Shown: in pieces, positions 29,518 to 39,140 of the stretch
Layout of the letters: each line of letters begins with the position of its first letter
Numbering within the stretch: the stretch's first letter is position 1
Source of the DNA: Pelagibacteraceae bacterium
GTDB lineage: Bacteria; Pseudomonadota; Alphaproteobacteria; GCA-002720895
Length of the DNA: 48,628 nucleotides
Assembly: GCA_002720895.1 (NCBI GenBank)
Contig: PBIP01000012.1
Span: 1-48,628, forward strand
Reading direction: 5' to 3'
Position numbers and translations under genes: made by a program
The notes under the pieces: generated by a model
The model's input: only the letters and a program-made list of their open reading frames with translations
Database searches by the model: none
What the model was told of the DNA's origin: nothing

Positions 29518-29826
29518 TTAATGCAATTTATCATTTTTTTTCTTAAAACCAACCTCAAATCCCAATTTTTTTACAGTTCTAAAAACACTTAAAATTCCAG
29601 AAGCAAAACCCAAAATTAAAAAAAGAATTAAAAAGAGCGGTTTAGTTTCAAAATAACTATCTAAAAAAAGTCCAATCAAAAGTCCCACTATGATAGCGGA
29701 AATCATTTCTATTCCGGATTTTAAATAAAAACCAAAATCATTAAAATTTTTTTTATTTTTTTTTTTTGAGTTTAATTTTTTTAAATTCTCAAGCTTTTTA
29801 CTGAAATCTTTAAGTTTTTTATCCAA
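29518..29826 (-). CDS. atpI: ATP synthase protein I-like small membrane protein
   Basis: 102 aa with a lysine-rich N-terminus and two TM helices. It lies immediately upstream of atpB, in the AtpI position. The call is based on position and topology only. Confidence 0.6.
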   Translation of the reverse strand: MDKKLKDFSKKLENLKKLNSKKKNKKNFNDFGFYLKSGIEMISAIIVGLLIGLFLDSYFETKPLFLILFLILGFASGILSVFRTVKKLGFEVGFKKKNDKLH

Positions 29827-29833
29827 TATATTT

Positions 29834-32287
29834 TTAGCTTACTTCTCTAAGCTTTTGCGCTTCTTCTAATTTAATAGAAATTAATTTTGAAACTCCCGTT
29901 TCAGCCATAGTAACACCGTAAAGTCTATTCATATGTGCCATTGTAATGGGATTATGCGTTATAACTACAAATTTAGTTAATGTATCATTATTAATTTTTT
30001 TTATTACCTTACAGTATTTTTCTATATTTATATCATCCAATGGAGCATCGACCTCATCTAAAACACAAATAGGAGCAGGATTTACTAGGAATACAGCTAG
30101 AATTAGAGCAGTTGCTGCCATTGTTTTTTCACCACCTGATAGTAAAGATAAAGTGTTCATTTTTTTTCCAGGAGGTGATGCAAAAACTTCTAAACCAGAA
30201 AGTAAAGGATCAGAAGATCCAACCATCTTTAGAAAAGCTTTTCCACCGCCAAAGAACTGAGAAAATAAATTTTTAAAATTTTGATTTATACCATCAAAAC
30301 AATTTCCTATTTTTTCTCTTCCTTCTTTATTAATATTTGAAATTGTTTCTCTTAACTTTAAAATTGCCTTTTCCACATCAATTTTATCATTAACCATCTT
30401 TTCTATTTTTTTATTTGTTTCTTTAGCTTCATTCTCAGCTGTAAAATTTATTGGTCCGATGTTATCAAATTTTCTTTTTTCTGCATTAAGCTCATTTTGG
30501 AGAATATTTTTTGCAGGTAAATTTTGAACATTAATTTTTTCTTTTTCTAATATATCCTTGTTTAATTTCAAAGAAAAATTATTTTCACTTTCACTATAAG
30601 CATTCTCTAAATCACTTTTTAAATATTCTAAATCAGTTTCTAATCTCGTTTTTTCTTCATGATTTTCTATTTTTTTATCTGAATTTGACTTTATTTTTTC
30701 GTCTATTTCTTTAGTTTGCTTCGGATCAATCATAGTTTCTTTTTCTAGCAAATTTATCTCATTATCTAATGAGCTTATTTTAGATTCAATTTCAATATTA
30801 TTTTTGCTTATCTCATCAGGTTTATTTTCAAGATTATCTAGTTCTTTATTTGTAAAAACTTCTCTTTCAACTAACTCTTCTAGATGTTTTTTTGTTTCTT
30901 CTATTCTTTTACTCCATTTTGCATGTTCTTCCTCAAAATCAAAAATTTTATCTAAATTAGTTAATTTGGAAAAATTATTTTTTATATCATTAAATGATGT
31001 AAATACGCTTTTAATTTTTTCAGTAATAATATCAAAAGTATTTTTTATTGGATTTATTAATTCACTATTTTTATTACTTAATTCTTTTATTTTTATATTT
31101 AATTCACTCGATTTGGATATAATAAATTCTATCTTTTTCAGTTCGTTTTCAATATCTTTCTTTAATTCTATAAAATTCTCTTTATTTGTATTTTTATCGT
31201 TACTAGAAATTTTTATATCAAGCTCTTTTGTTTCATTAAAAATATTTTTTTGCAGTTTAGATAAAGAAAAATTTGCATCTTCTAAGAATTTTTTTTCTCT
31301 AATTATATCATCCTTTAATTGGCTTAAACGATTTTTAAGATTATCTTTTTGAATAGAAATTCTATTTATTTCATCTAAGTTTTTTTGTTTTTTCATCAAG
31401 AAATTTTGTTTTTCATTTTTTAATTCATTTAATTCTTTATTTTTTTCGTTGTTTTTGTTTAAAAACTTATTTTTTTCATTTTTATAGTTTTCTAATAAAG
31501 AATCGATTTTATTGATTTCAAAATTTATTTTTTCTAATCTTTGAGTTTTTTTTGAAATTTTATCAATATTATTTAAACATCTTATTTTGATTATTGAAAT
31601 TTCTAATTTATTAATTTTATCTTTTACATTTTTGTATTTTTCAGCTTCTTTGACTTGTTTTTCAAGAGATTTAAATTGATCTTTATGGGTTTTGATTATA
31701 TCTTCTAACCTCGATAGATTCACATCTGCTGACTTTAATTTTAATTCTGCTTCATGTCTCCTAGCATGCAAACCTGTAATTCCGGCAGCTTCTTCAAGTA
31801 ATATTCTTCTTTCTTCTGGTTTAGAACTTATTATTTTGTGTACCTGGCCCTGAGCAACTATAGAAGTTGTGTCTGGTCCAGATGATGCATCAGCAAATAA
31901 TAAATGAACATCTTTAGCTCTTACTACTTTATTATTTATGTAGTAAGTAGAACCTTTTTCTCTTTCAATTTTTCTTTTAATTTCAATAGTTTCATAATCT
32001 TTAAAAATTTCAGGAGCTTTATTTTTTTTGTTATCAATAGTTATTTCAATTTCTGCTAAATCGTTTTGAGGTCTAATTGATGTCCCATTAAATATTACAT
32101 CATCCATCCCTTTACCTCTTAATTCTTTTGCAGATGTCTCCCCCATTATCCATTTTAGCGCATCAACAATATTTGATTTACCACATCCGTTAGGGCCAAC
32201 AATACCAGTTAAACCATTCTCAATATTTAATTCAGTTCTTTCAACAAATGACTTAAAACCTGTAATTTTTAGTTTTGTAAAATCCAT
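29834..32287 (-). CDS. smc: chromosome segregation protein SMC (unusually short, 817 aa)
   Basis: The N-terminal head has FKSF...GIVGPNGCGKSNIVDALKWIMGE (Walker A). The C-terminal head has LSGGEKTMAATALILA (signature) and ICVLDEVDAPLDD (Walker B). The central K/N/E/I-rich region is coiled-coil-like. Confidence 0.85.
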   Translation of the reverse strand: MDFTKLKITGFKSFVERTELNIENGLTGIVGPNGCGKSNIVDALKWIMGETSAKELRGKGMDDVIFNGTSIRPQNDLAEIEITIDNKKNKAPEIFKDYETIEIKRKIEREKGSTYYINNKVVRAKDVHLLFADASSGPDTTSIVAQGQVHKIISSKPEERRILLEEAAGITGLHARRHEAELKLKSADVNLSRLEDIIKTHKDQFKSLEKQVKEAEKYKNVKDKINKLEISIIKIRCLNNIDKISKKTQRLEKINFEINKIDSLLENYKNEKNKFLNKNNEKNKELNELKNEKQNFLMKKQKNLDEINRISIQKDNLKNRLSQLKDDIIREKKFLEDANFSLSKLQKNIFNETKELDIKISSNDKNTNKENFIELKKDIENELKKIEFIISKSSELNIKIKELSNKNSELINPIKNTFDIITEKIKSVFTSFNDIKNNFSKLTNLDKIFDFEEEHAKWSKRIEETKKHLEELVEREVFTNKELDNLENKPDEISKNNIEIESKISSLDNEINLLEKETMIDPKQTKEIDEKIKSNSDKKIENHEEKTRLETDLEYLKSDLENAYSESENNFSLKLNKDILEKEKINVQNLPAKNILQNELNAEKRKFDNIGPINFTAENEAKETNKKIEKMVNDKIDVEKAILKLRETISNINKEGREKIGNCFDGINQNFKNLFSQFFGGGKAFLKMVGSSDPLLSGLEVFASPPGKKMNTLSLLSGGEKTMAATALILAVFLVNPAPICVLDEVDAPLDDINIEKYCKVIKKINNDTLTKFVVITHNPITMAHMNRLYGVTMAETGVSKLISIKLEEAQKLREVS

Positions 32288-32288
32288 A

Positions 32289-32882
32289 TTAATTAATTAA
32301 ATTTTCAATTATTTTTTCAAAATTTTGATAACTCATAGCTTGATATTTTTTTTCATTAATAATAAATGAAGGAGTTGAAGTGATGTTATATTTTTTTTCG
32401 CCAGTACTTCTTATATTAATAATTTCATCAACTATCTGTTCATCTTTAAAACAATTATCGATTTTACTTTCGTTTAAACCGGCTAATTTTCCTATATTTT
32501 TTAATTTATCCATAAAAGATTCATCATTTGAAATCCATTTTTCTTGCGTAGTAAAAATTAATTTTACAAAATCGAAATATTTTTTTTTTGGAGCACATTT
32601 AGCAAGAACAGAAGCAAATAAAGCTTGTTTGTCTAAAGGAAAATCTCTAAAAACAAATTTAATTATATTGGTATCAATATATTTTTCCTTTATTTTTGGA
32701 TAAATATCTTTATGAAAATTTGCACAATGAATGCAAGTCATTGATGCATATTCAATAATAACAACCTTAGCATCTTTTCTACCTAAAAAATTTTCTTCAT
32801 TAGTTTTTGAATATGCAATTTCATACTTTGTGAAAAAAAGAAAAACTAAAAAAACTAAAATTTTGCTAATATTGTATTTCAT
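32289..32882 (-). CDS. DsbA-family thiol:disulfide oxidoreductase (periplasmic)
   Basis: 197 aa with a signal peptide, the thioredoxin-fold active site CIHC, and the cis-Pro region TSTPSFIIN. Confidence 0.75.
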   Translation of the reverse strand: MKYNISKILVFLVFLFFTKYEIAYSKTNEENFLGRKDAKVVIIEYASMTCIHCANFHKDIYPKIKEKYIDTNIIKFVFRDFPLDKQALFASVLAKCAPKKKYFDFVKLIFTTQEKWISNDESFMDKLKNIGKLAGLNESKIDNCFKDEQIVDEIINIRSTGEKKYNITSTPSFIINEKKYQAMSYQNFEKIIENLIN

Positions 32883-32950
32883 TTATTTACTAATACTATA
32901 TATAGTATAATTATAAAAATTAATAATTAATTGAACAAGCACTAATTTCC

Positions 32951-33415
32951 TTATTTTAATAAAGTTTTATTAAGTTTTTTTAAAGCATTTTTTAGTCTAT
33001 CTACATTTATTTTGTCAATAAATTTAGATTGATCTATTGCTTTATCTTTAATTTTAATTGTTTTTTTTTGATTATTTTCTTTATTTGAATCAAAATCTTG
33101 AATAATACTAATTTTACTTACTGCGTTATAACCAAAATATTGGTTAAGTTTCTCTATTATTTCATTATGTTTAAATTCTATTTCCATTGATTTTCCTCTT
33201 TTTGTTTTTAAAAAAATTATTCCATTTGTATTTTTAATATTTGAAAAAACCATTTTTATTGGCCAACAATAACAGGCAATTTCCTTACCCATAATTTTAT
33301 TCCAATTCTTTATTAACGATAATTCTACAAAACTTCTTTCACTAATATTTTTATTTACAATCTTTGGTAGACTATCTCCAACTTTTTTAAAATAACTTTT
33401 TTTTCTATCTTTCAT
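32951..33415 (-). CDS. DUF721 domain protein (DciA-like, putative replicative helicase operator)
   Basis: 154 aa. LIKNWNKIMGKEIACYCWPIKM...GIIFLKTKRGKSMEIEFKHNEIIEKLNQYFGYNAVSKISI fits the DUF721 pattern. It is divergent from mutY, as in many alphaproteobacteria. The functional name is inference. Confidence 0.6.
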   Translation of the reverse strand: MKDRKKSYFKKVGDSLPKIVNKNISERSFVELSLIKNWNKIMGKEIACYCWPIKMVFSNIKNTNGIIFLKTKRGKSMEIEFKHNEIIEKLNQYFGYNAVSKISIIQDFDSNKENNQKKTIKIKDKAIDQSKFIDKINVDRLKNALKKLNKTLLK

Positions 33416-33459
33416 TCTAATTTTTTAAAAATTATATTTTGTTATAATATCAAAAAAAT

Positions 33460-34476
33460 ATGACTAATTTAACTCATAACTTATTGTCCTGGTATAGAAA
33501 AAATAGAAGAGAATTACCATGGAGAACAAAAAAAGAAAGTATTTGTCCATATTATGTATGGATTAGTGAAATAATGTTGCAGCAAACTAATGCAAAAAGT
33601 GTAATAGATTATTATAAAAAATTTATTAAAAAATGGCCTACGGTTTACTCTTTATCTAAAGCAAAATTAAAAACTATTTTATTTTTTTGGCAAGGACTTG
33701 GTTATTATAATAGAGCAAATAATTTGCTTAGATCATCAAAGATAATTTGCAATGAATTTAATGGGAAAATACCAAATACTTATGAATCTTTAATAAAATT
33801 ACCTGGTATAGGAGAATATACTGCTAATGCTATTCTAGCTATAGCATATAATAAAAAAACTATCGGTATAGATGTAAATATAAATAGAATTGTTTCCAGA
33901 ATTTATAATTTAAATACTACAAATAACAGAGAAATAAATAAAAAAATTTTTAATTTAATTCCAAACAACAATTCCAGTGATTTTATGCAAGCCTTAATGG
34001 ATATAGGGGCAACAATATGTAAAAAAAAAAATGTTAATTGCAATATCTGTCCATTAAAAAAAAATTGTCTATTTTACATCGAAAAAAAAAGAATTAATTT
34101 TGAATCAATAAAAAAAAGAAAAAAAAAATTTCTATTTGTCTTTTTATTAAAATATAAAAATAAAGTTCTTTTAAAAAAAAGAAAAAAAACAAAATTACTT
34201 AATGGGTTAATGGAAGTGCCAAATTACTTATTAAACAATAAACCCTCTTTGAAAAAAGTAAAAAAAATAGCTCCGTTTGACTTTGATTGGAATATAGCTC
34301 CAGGAAAATTAAATTCTAGAATAAGTAATTTTGATTTAGAAGTAAGATTTTTATATGCAAAAGTAAATAAGAATTTTTTTTTAAATAACAAAACATGGTT
34401 TGATGAAAAAGATATTAAGAAAGTTCCAATTTCAAGTTTAATGAAGAATATTTTAATTCACTCAAAACCTTTCTAA
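33460..34476 (+). CDS. mutY: A/G-specific adenine DNA glycosylase
   Basis: 338 aa with HhH-GPD motifs (WISEIMLQQT, LPGIGEYTANAILA), the 4Fe-4S cluster loop C-x6-C-x2-C-x5-C (CKKKNVNCNICPLKKNC), and a C-terminal NUDIX-like domain. Confidence 0.9.
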   Translation: MTNLTHNLLSWYRKNRRELPWRTKKESICPYYVWISEIMLQQTNAKSVIDYYKKFIKKWPTVYSLSKAKLKTILFFWQGLGYYNRANNLLRSSKIICNEFNGKIPNTYESLIKLPGIGEYTANAILAIAYNKKTIGIDVNINRIVSRIYNLNTTNNREINKKIFNLIPNNNSSDFMQALMDIGATICKKKNVNCNICPLKKNCLFYIEKKRINFESIKKRKKKFLFVFLLKYKNKVLLKKRKKTKLLNGLMEVPNYLLNNKPSLKKVKKIAPFDFDWNIAPGKLNSRISNFDLEVRFLYAKVNKNFFLNNKTWFDEKDIKKVPISSLMKNILIHSKPF

Positions 34477-35547
34477 CTCTGATCTAATTTTTTCTCTTAG
34501 AACATCTATGCTGATCGAATCTTTTTTTTCATATTTATACCAAAAAGTCCATCCATTACAAGAAGGCAAATTTTGTAGATTGGCAGCTACACTATGAATA
34601 GAACCTTTAAAATTTTCAGTGATAATTGATCCATCAACTCTTACTTTTGCATGCCATTTTTTTTTTAAGTCATGAAGAATATCACCAGGTTGAATTAAAT
34701 TAAATTCAATTAATCTTCCAAAAGGAATACGTTTTTGTTGTTTTTTTTCTATTGTTTTAATAAATTTAACATTTTTAATAGGTTCAATTGATTTAATTCT
34801 TTTTTCAGCAAACTTTATATATTTTTTTTCATTTTCTATACCGATATATTTTCTATTATATTTTTTAGAAACAGCTCCAATCGTTCCTGTTCCAAAAAAA
34901 GGATCTAAAATAATATCTCCAGGATTAGTCACTGAGAGAATGATTCTAGTAATTAAAGCCTCGGGTTTTTGTGTAGGATGAACTTTTTTTCCTCGGTGTT
35001 TTAATCTTTCTGATCCATTACAAATTGGAAAAATCCAGTCACTTCTCATCTGTAAATCATCATTCAATGATTTCATAAGATTATAATTAAAAGTATATTT
35101 TGATTTCTTATTTTTAGAGCACCAAATTAATGTTTCATGTGCATTTGAAAATCTTGTACCTCTAAAATTTGGCATAGGATTAGTTTTAACCCAAATTATA
35201 TCGTTTAGAATCCAAAAATTTAAATCTTGTAAAATTTTCCCTATTCTAAATATATTATGATAGGTTCCTATGACCCAAATTGTACCATCATCTTTTAATA
35301 TTCTTCTTGCTTCATTTAACCAATTTTTTGTAAAATTGTCATAATCTTGAAAATTATTAAATTTATCCCAATTTTCTTTCACTCCATTTACCTTTGATTG
35401 ATCTGGTCTTTTTAAAACTTTTTCTAATTGTAAATTATAAGGGGGGTCTGCAAAAATTAAATCAATAGACTTTGCAGGAAACATCTTCATTCTTTCAAGA
35501 CAATTTCCTTGGTAAATTTTATTAAAGCAAAAATTTTTTATCTTCAT
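34462..35547 (-). CDS. ccrM: site-specific DNA adenine N6-methyltransferase, CcrM-like (GANTC type)
   Basis: 361 aa, beta-class order with the catalytic FADPPYNL near the N-terminus and the SAM motif ILDPFFGTGT later. A C-terminal extension of about 80 aa is characteristic of CcrM. The target specificity is inferred from the family. Confidence 0.88.
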   Translation of the reverse strand: MKIKNFCFNKIYQGNCLERMKMFPAKSIDLIFADPPYNLQLEKVLKRPDQSKVNGVKENWDKFNNFQDYDNFTKNWLNEARRILKDDGTIWVIGTYHNIFRIGKILQDLNFWILNDIIWVKTNPMPNFRGTRFSNAHETLIWCSKNKKSKYTFNYNLMKSLNDDLQMRSDWIFPICNGSERLKHRGKKVHPTQKPEALITRIILSVTNPGDIILDPFFGTGTIGAVSKKYNRKYIGIENEKKYIKFAEKRIKSIEPIKNVKFIKTIEKKQQKRIPFGRLIEFNLIQPGDILHDLKKKWHAKVRVDGSIITENFKGSIHSVAANLQNLPSCNGWTFWYKYEKKDSISIDVLREKIRSELERF

Positions 35548-35565
35548 TTTGATCCCGAAATATTC

Positions 35566-36183
35566 TTATCTTAACATTTTTGTGATTGGTTTAAAAGATT
35601 TTCTGTGATGCGGAGTTATACCGAGTGATTTTATTTTATTTATATGTAATTTTGTTCCATAGCCTGAATTTAGATCCCATAAAAAATCAGGATATTTACA
35701 AGCAAGTTTTTTCATCAAGTTATCTCTTACAACTTTTGCAATAATTGATGCAGAAGCAATGGAAATAGACTTATTATCTCCTTTTTTTACTAATTTTATA
35801 TTAGATTTAATTTTTGGAGCATTAATACCGTCAATTAATACATAATCTGCATTTATTTTTAAAGACACGTACGCTCTTTCCATAGCAATTAAAGTTGCTT
35901 GTAAAATATTTTTTTCTTCGATTTCTTTAACACTTGCAGCCCCTATACCAAAAGAAATTATTTTTGTTAGTATTTTATATAGCTTTTCTCTAATTTTTTT
36001 TGATAATTTTTTTGAATCATTTATTTTTATAATATCTGGATATTTTATTAAAAAGTCTTTCCATGAAGATCTTTTAATATGTACAGCAACTGCAACTACT
36101 GGTCCTGCAAGAGGGCCTCTACCAACTTCATCTATTCCAACTACGATATTTCCAAATTTCTTTTCTAGACTAAAATTCATCAC
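35566..36183 (-). CDS. rnhB: ribonuclease HII
   Basis: 205 aa with VGIDEVGRGPLAGPVV, DSKKLS, and ASIIAKVVRD motifs. Confidence 0.9.
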   Translation of the reverse strand: MMNFSLEKKFGNIVVGIDEVGRGPLAGPVVAVAVHIKRSSWKDFLIKYPDIIKINDSKKLSKKIREKLYKILTKIISFGIGAASVKEIEEKNILQATLIAMERAYVSLKINADYVLIDGINAPKIKSNIKLVKKGDNKSISIASASIIAKVVRDNLMKKLACKYPDFLWDLNSGYGTKLHINKIKSLGITPHHRKSFKPITKMLR

Positions 36184-36680
36184 TATAATTTTGTAAGAAT
36201 TTCCACTAAATTACACGGTTTAAATGAAGAATCTAATTGGTATTTTATTATATTATCCCAAGCATCTTTGCAAGCTGAAGGTGAGCCAGGCAATGAAAAT
36301 AAATATTTTCCGTTTGAAATTCCCGCACATGCCCGAGATTGGATTGTTGATGTTTTAATTTTTTTATAACTTAATATTCTAAAAATCTCACCAAAGCCAG
36401 GGATACTTTTCTCAAAAAAAGATTCAAATACTTCTGGGGTAATATCTCTTTTAGTTAAACCAGTTCCTCCAGTAGCAATAATTACATTTAAATCTTTTTT
36501 CTTTAACCAACTTTTTAATATTTTGCTTATTTCCGTTTTATTATCTTTGCATATTTGCTTCTTGTATAGCCTATGATGAGAATTTGTTATTTTTTTAATA
36601 AGTAATTCACCTGATTTATCAGTTTTAGAATTTCTTGTATCTGAAACAGTTAAAACGGCAATATTAAGTTTTTTTTTCAT
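36183..36680 (-). CDS. moaB: MoaB/MogA family molybdenum cofactor biosynthesis protein
   Basis: 165 aa with LTVSDTR, TGGTGLTKRDITPEV, and LPGSPSA motifs of the MoCF_biosynth domain. Confidence 0.8.
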   Translation of the reverse strand: MKKKLNIAVLTVSDTRNSKTDKSGELLIKKITNSHHRLYKKQICKDNKTEISKILKSWLKKKDLNVIIATGGTGLTKRDITPEVFESFFEKSIPGFGEIFRILSYKKIKTSTIQSRACAGISNGKYLFSLPGSPSACKDAWDNIIKYQLDSSFKPCNLVEILTKL

Positions 36681-37389
36681 ATTTTAATTTTAAATTATCA
36701 ATTTTTTCTTTTACTTTTTTTAAATCTTCCCAGGCAATTTTTTTTTGTTTTGGTGATCTTAATAAATAACTTGGGTGAAATATACATATTGTAAATATAC
36801 TTTCTTTTAAGAAAGAATTTTTATAATTAAACCAACTACCATGATATTTAGTTATTCCCTGATCTAAATTTAATAAAGATTTAGATGCAACATTACCAAA
36901 AAGTAGAAGTATTTTAGGTCTTATTAAATATATATGTTCTTCAACATAAGGAAGAAAAAGTTTAATTTCATTGTCTGTAGGCGCTCTATTATTAGGAGGT
37001 CTCCAAGGAATAATGTTTGTTATATAAACGTTTTTTTTTCTATTCAATCCAATAGCATTTATCATTTCATCAAGTTTTTTTCCAGCTCTTCCAACGAATG
37101 GTTTACCAAGTTTATCCTCTTCATAACCTGGTGCTTCTCCAATAATCATAATATCTGAATTCAAAATACCGTCATAAAAAACAAAATTTTTTGCATTGGT
37201 TTTTATTTCACAATCTAAGTTAGAAATTTTTTCTTTTAACTCTAATAATTTACCTTTCAAGTTTTCTTTATTATTTGATACTAAATTATTTTCAAACCTA
37301 ATTCTTGGTTTGCTTTGGATTCTTGTTTCAATACCAAATAATTTATAATAATCTAAGAACGTTAAAAATTTTTTGTAATTTTGATACAT
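36664..37389 (-). CDS. uracil-DNA glycosylase, family 4
   Basis: 241 aa with GEAPGYEEDKLGKPFVGRAGKKLD and HPSYLLR motifs. It has an N-terminal extension of about 70 aa. Confidence 0.85.
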   Translation of the reverse strand: MYQNYKKFLTFLDYYKLFGIETRIQSKPRIRFENNLVSNNKENLKGKLLELKEKISNLDCEIKTNAKNFVFYDGILNSDIMIIGEAPGYEEDKLGKPFVGRAGKKLDEMINAIGLNRKKNVYITNIIPWRPPNNRAPTDNEIKLFLPYVEEHIYLIRPKILLLFGNVASKSLLNLDQGITKYHGSWFNYKNSFLKESIFTICIFHPSYLLRSPKQKKIAWEDLKKVKEKIDNLKLKYEKKT

Positions 37390-37496
37390 TTTCTTTTAAT
37401 GTTAAACTATTTTATAAATGCTATGATACAAAAATTTATTTTATGACTAAAGTAACAAATTTGATAACTTAATAAATTTACTTATATTCTTACTAT

Positions 37497-39128
37497 ATGA
37501 ATAGAGAATCAATGAATTTCGATGTTTTAATAATTGGGGCAGGTCCCTCAGGACTTTCTGCAAGTATAAAACTAAGCCAATTAGCAAAAAAAAATAATAA
37601 GGAATTAAATATTTGTGTAGTAGAAAAGGGATCAGAAGTCGGAGCACATATATTGTCAGGAGCTGTATTAGATATCAAAGCTTTAAATGAGTTAATTCCT
37701 GATTGGAAAAGTATGGATACACCGCTTAAAACCGAAGCAAAAAAAGATAATTTTTTGCTACTTACAAAAAATAATTCTTTTAAATTACCAACCCCTCCGC
37801 AAATGAAGAATGACGGAAATTATATAATTAGCTTAGGTAACTTTTGTAGATGGTTGGCTAAACAAGCAGAAGAGTTAGGCGTAAATATTTTTCCTGGGTT
37901 TGCAGCATCTGAAGTGTTATATGATGATAAAAATAATAAAATTATAGGAGTAAGAACCGGAGATCAAGGTATAGATAAAAACGGTAATAAGCTTGAAAGT
38001 TATCAACAAGGATACGATCTTTTAGCAAAACAAACAATATTTGCTGAGGGGTGCCATGGTTCATTAACAAAAAAAATTATTGATAAATATGATCTAAGAA
38101 AAGGTAAAAATCCACAAACTTATGGAATAGGGTTAAAAGAATTATGGGAAATTAAACCAGAAAACCATAAAAAAGGAGAAATAATACATTCAATTGGGTG
38201 GCCTTTAGATAGACAAACCTATGGAGGATCTTTTCTTTATTATTTAGAAAATAATCAAGTTTCAGTAGGTTTTGTTATAGGTTTAGATTATAAAAATCCT
38301 TATCTAAGCCCATTTGAAGAATTTCAAAGATTTAAAACTCATCCAAAAATCAAAAATATTTTTGAAGGCGGTAAAAGAATTTCCTATGGAGCCAGAGCAC
38401 TAAATGAAGGAGGTTTTCAATCAATTCCAAAATTAACAGTTCCAGGCGGGCTACTCGTAGGTTGTACAGCGGGTTTTATGAATGTTCCTAAAATAAAAGG
38501 GACACATACAGCAATGAAATCTGGAATGATAGCTGCAGAAGAAATTTTTAAAAATATTTTTGATGAAAAACAAATTGAAATTATTTCTTATGAAGAACAA
38601 ATTAAAAAATCTTGGGTTTGGGATGAGCTTTATAAAGTTAGAAATATAAGACCTTCATTTCAATGGGGATTTTGGCCTGGTTTAATATATAGTGCTATAG
38701 ATACTTTTATTCTTCGCGGTAAAGCACCATGGACTTTAAAACATCATGACGATCATAAAAGTTTAAAAGAAGCAAAAAAATCTAAAAAAATTGAGTATCC
38801 AAAACCAGATGGTTCTATTACTTTTGATAAATTATCTTCTGTTTTCATTTCAAATACAAATCATGCGGAAAATCAACCATGTCATCTGCAATTAAAAAAT
38901 AAAAATATTCCGATAGAGCATAATTTAGAATATTACGATGCGCCTGAACAAAGATATTGCCCAGCTGGTGTTTATGAAATAGTAGGTAGAGATAAAAATA
39001 ATCCACAATTGCAAATTAATGCTCAAAATTGTGTGCATTGTAAAACTTGCGATATTAAGGATCCTAATCAAAATATTAACTGGGTTACTCCTGAAGGAGG
39101 AGGAGGTCCAAGATACCCAAACATGTAG
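37497..39128 (+). CDS. electron transfer flavoprotein-ubiquinone oxidoreductase
   Basis: 543 aa with the FAD dinucleotide fold DVLIIGAGPSGLSA and a C-terminal 4Fe-4S region (YCPAGVYE...CVHCKTCDIKDP...W..PEGGGGP.Y). Confidence 0.95.
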   Translation: MNRESMNFDVLIIGAGPSGLSASIKLSQLAKKNNKELNICVVEKGSEVGAHILSGAVLDIKALNELIPDWKSMDTPLKTEAKKDNFLLLTKNNSFKLPTPPQMKNDGNYIISLGNFCRWLAKQAEELGVNIFPGFAASEVLYDDKNNKIIGVRTGDQGIDKNGNKLESYQQGYDLLAKQTIFAEGCHGSLTKKIIDKYDLRKGKNPQTYGIGLKELWEIKPENHKKGEIIHSIGWPLDRQTYGGSFLYYLENNQVSVGFVIGLDYKNPYLSPFEEFQRFKTHPKIKNIFEGGKRISYGARALNEGGFQSIPKLTVPGGLLVGCTAGFMNVPKIKGTHTAMKSGMIAAEEIFKNIFDEKQIEIISYEEQIKKSWVWDELYKVRNIRPSFQWGFWPGLIYSAIDTFILRGKAPWTLKHHDDHKSLKEAKKSKKIEYPKPDGSITFDKLSSVFISNTNHAENQPCHLQLKNKNIPIEHNLEYYDAPEQRYCPAGVYEIVGRDKNNPQLQINAQNCVHCKTCDIKDPNQNINWVTPEGGGGPRYPNM

Positions 39129-39140
39129 TTTTTTATTTGA

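Noticed and set aside
30804-31352. 182-aa plus-strand ORF (also 29946..30260) inside and antisense to smc, rich in S/F/L/I.
   Set aside because: It is a shadow ORF. The antisense of K/E/N/I-rich AAA/GAA/AAT codons gives stop-free TTT/TTC/ATT strings. The product is low-complexity with no motif, and it is fully contained in a well-supported gene.
37447-37678. Two short minus-strand ORFs (61 and 66 aa) spanning the udg/ETF-QO intergenic region and the ETF-QO 5' end.
   Set aside because: They overlap the FAD-binding N-terminus of ETF-QO in antisense and have no motif. No independent evidence supports them, and they are probably chance ORFs.
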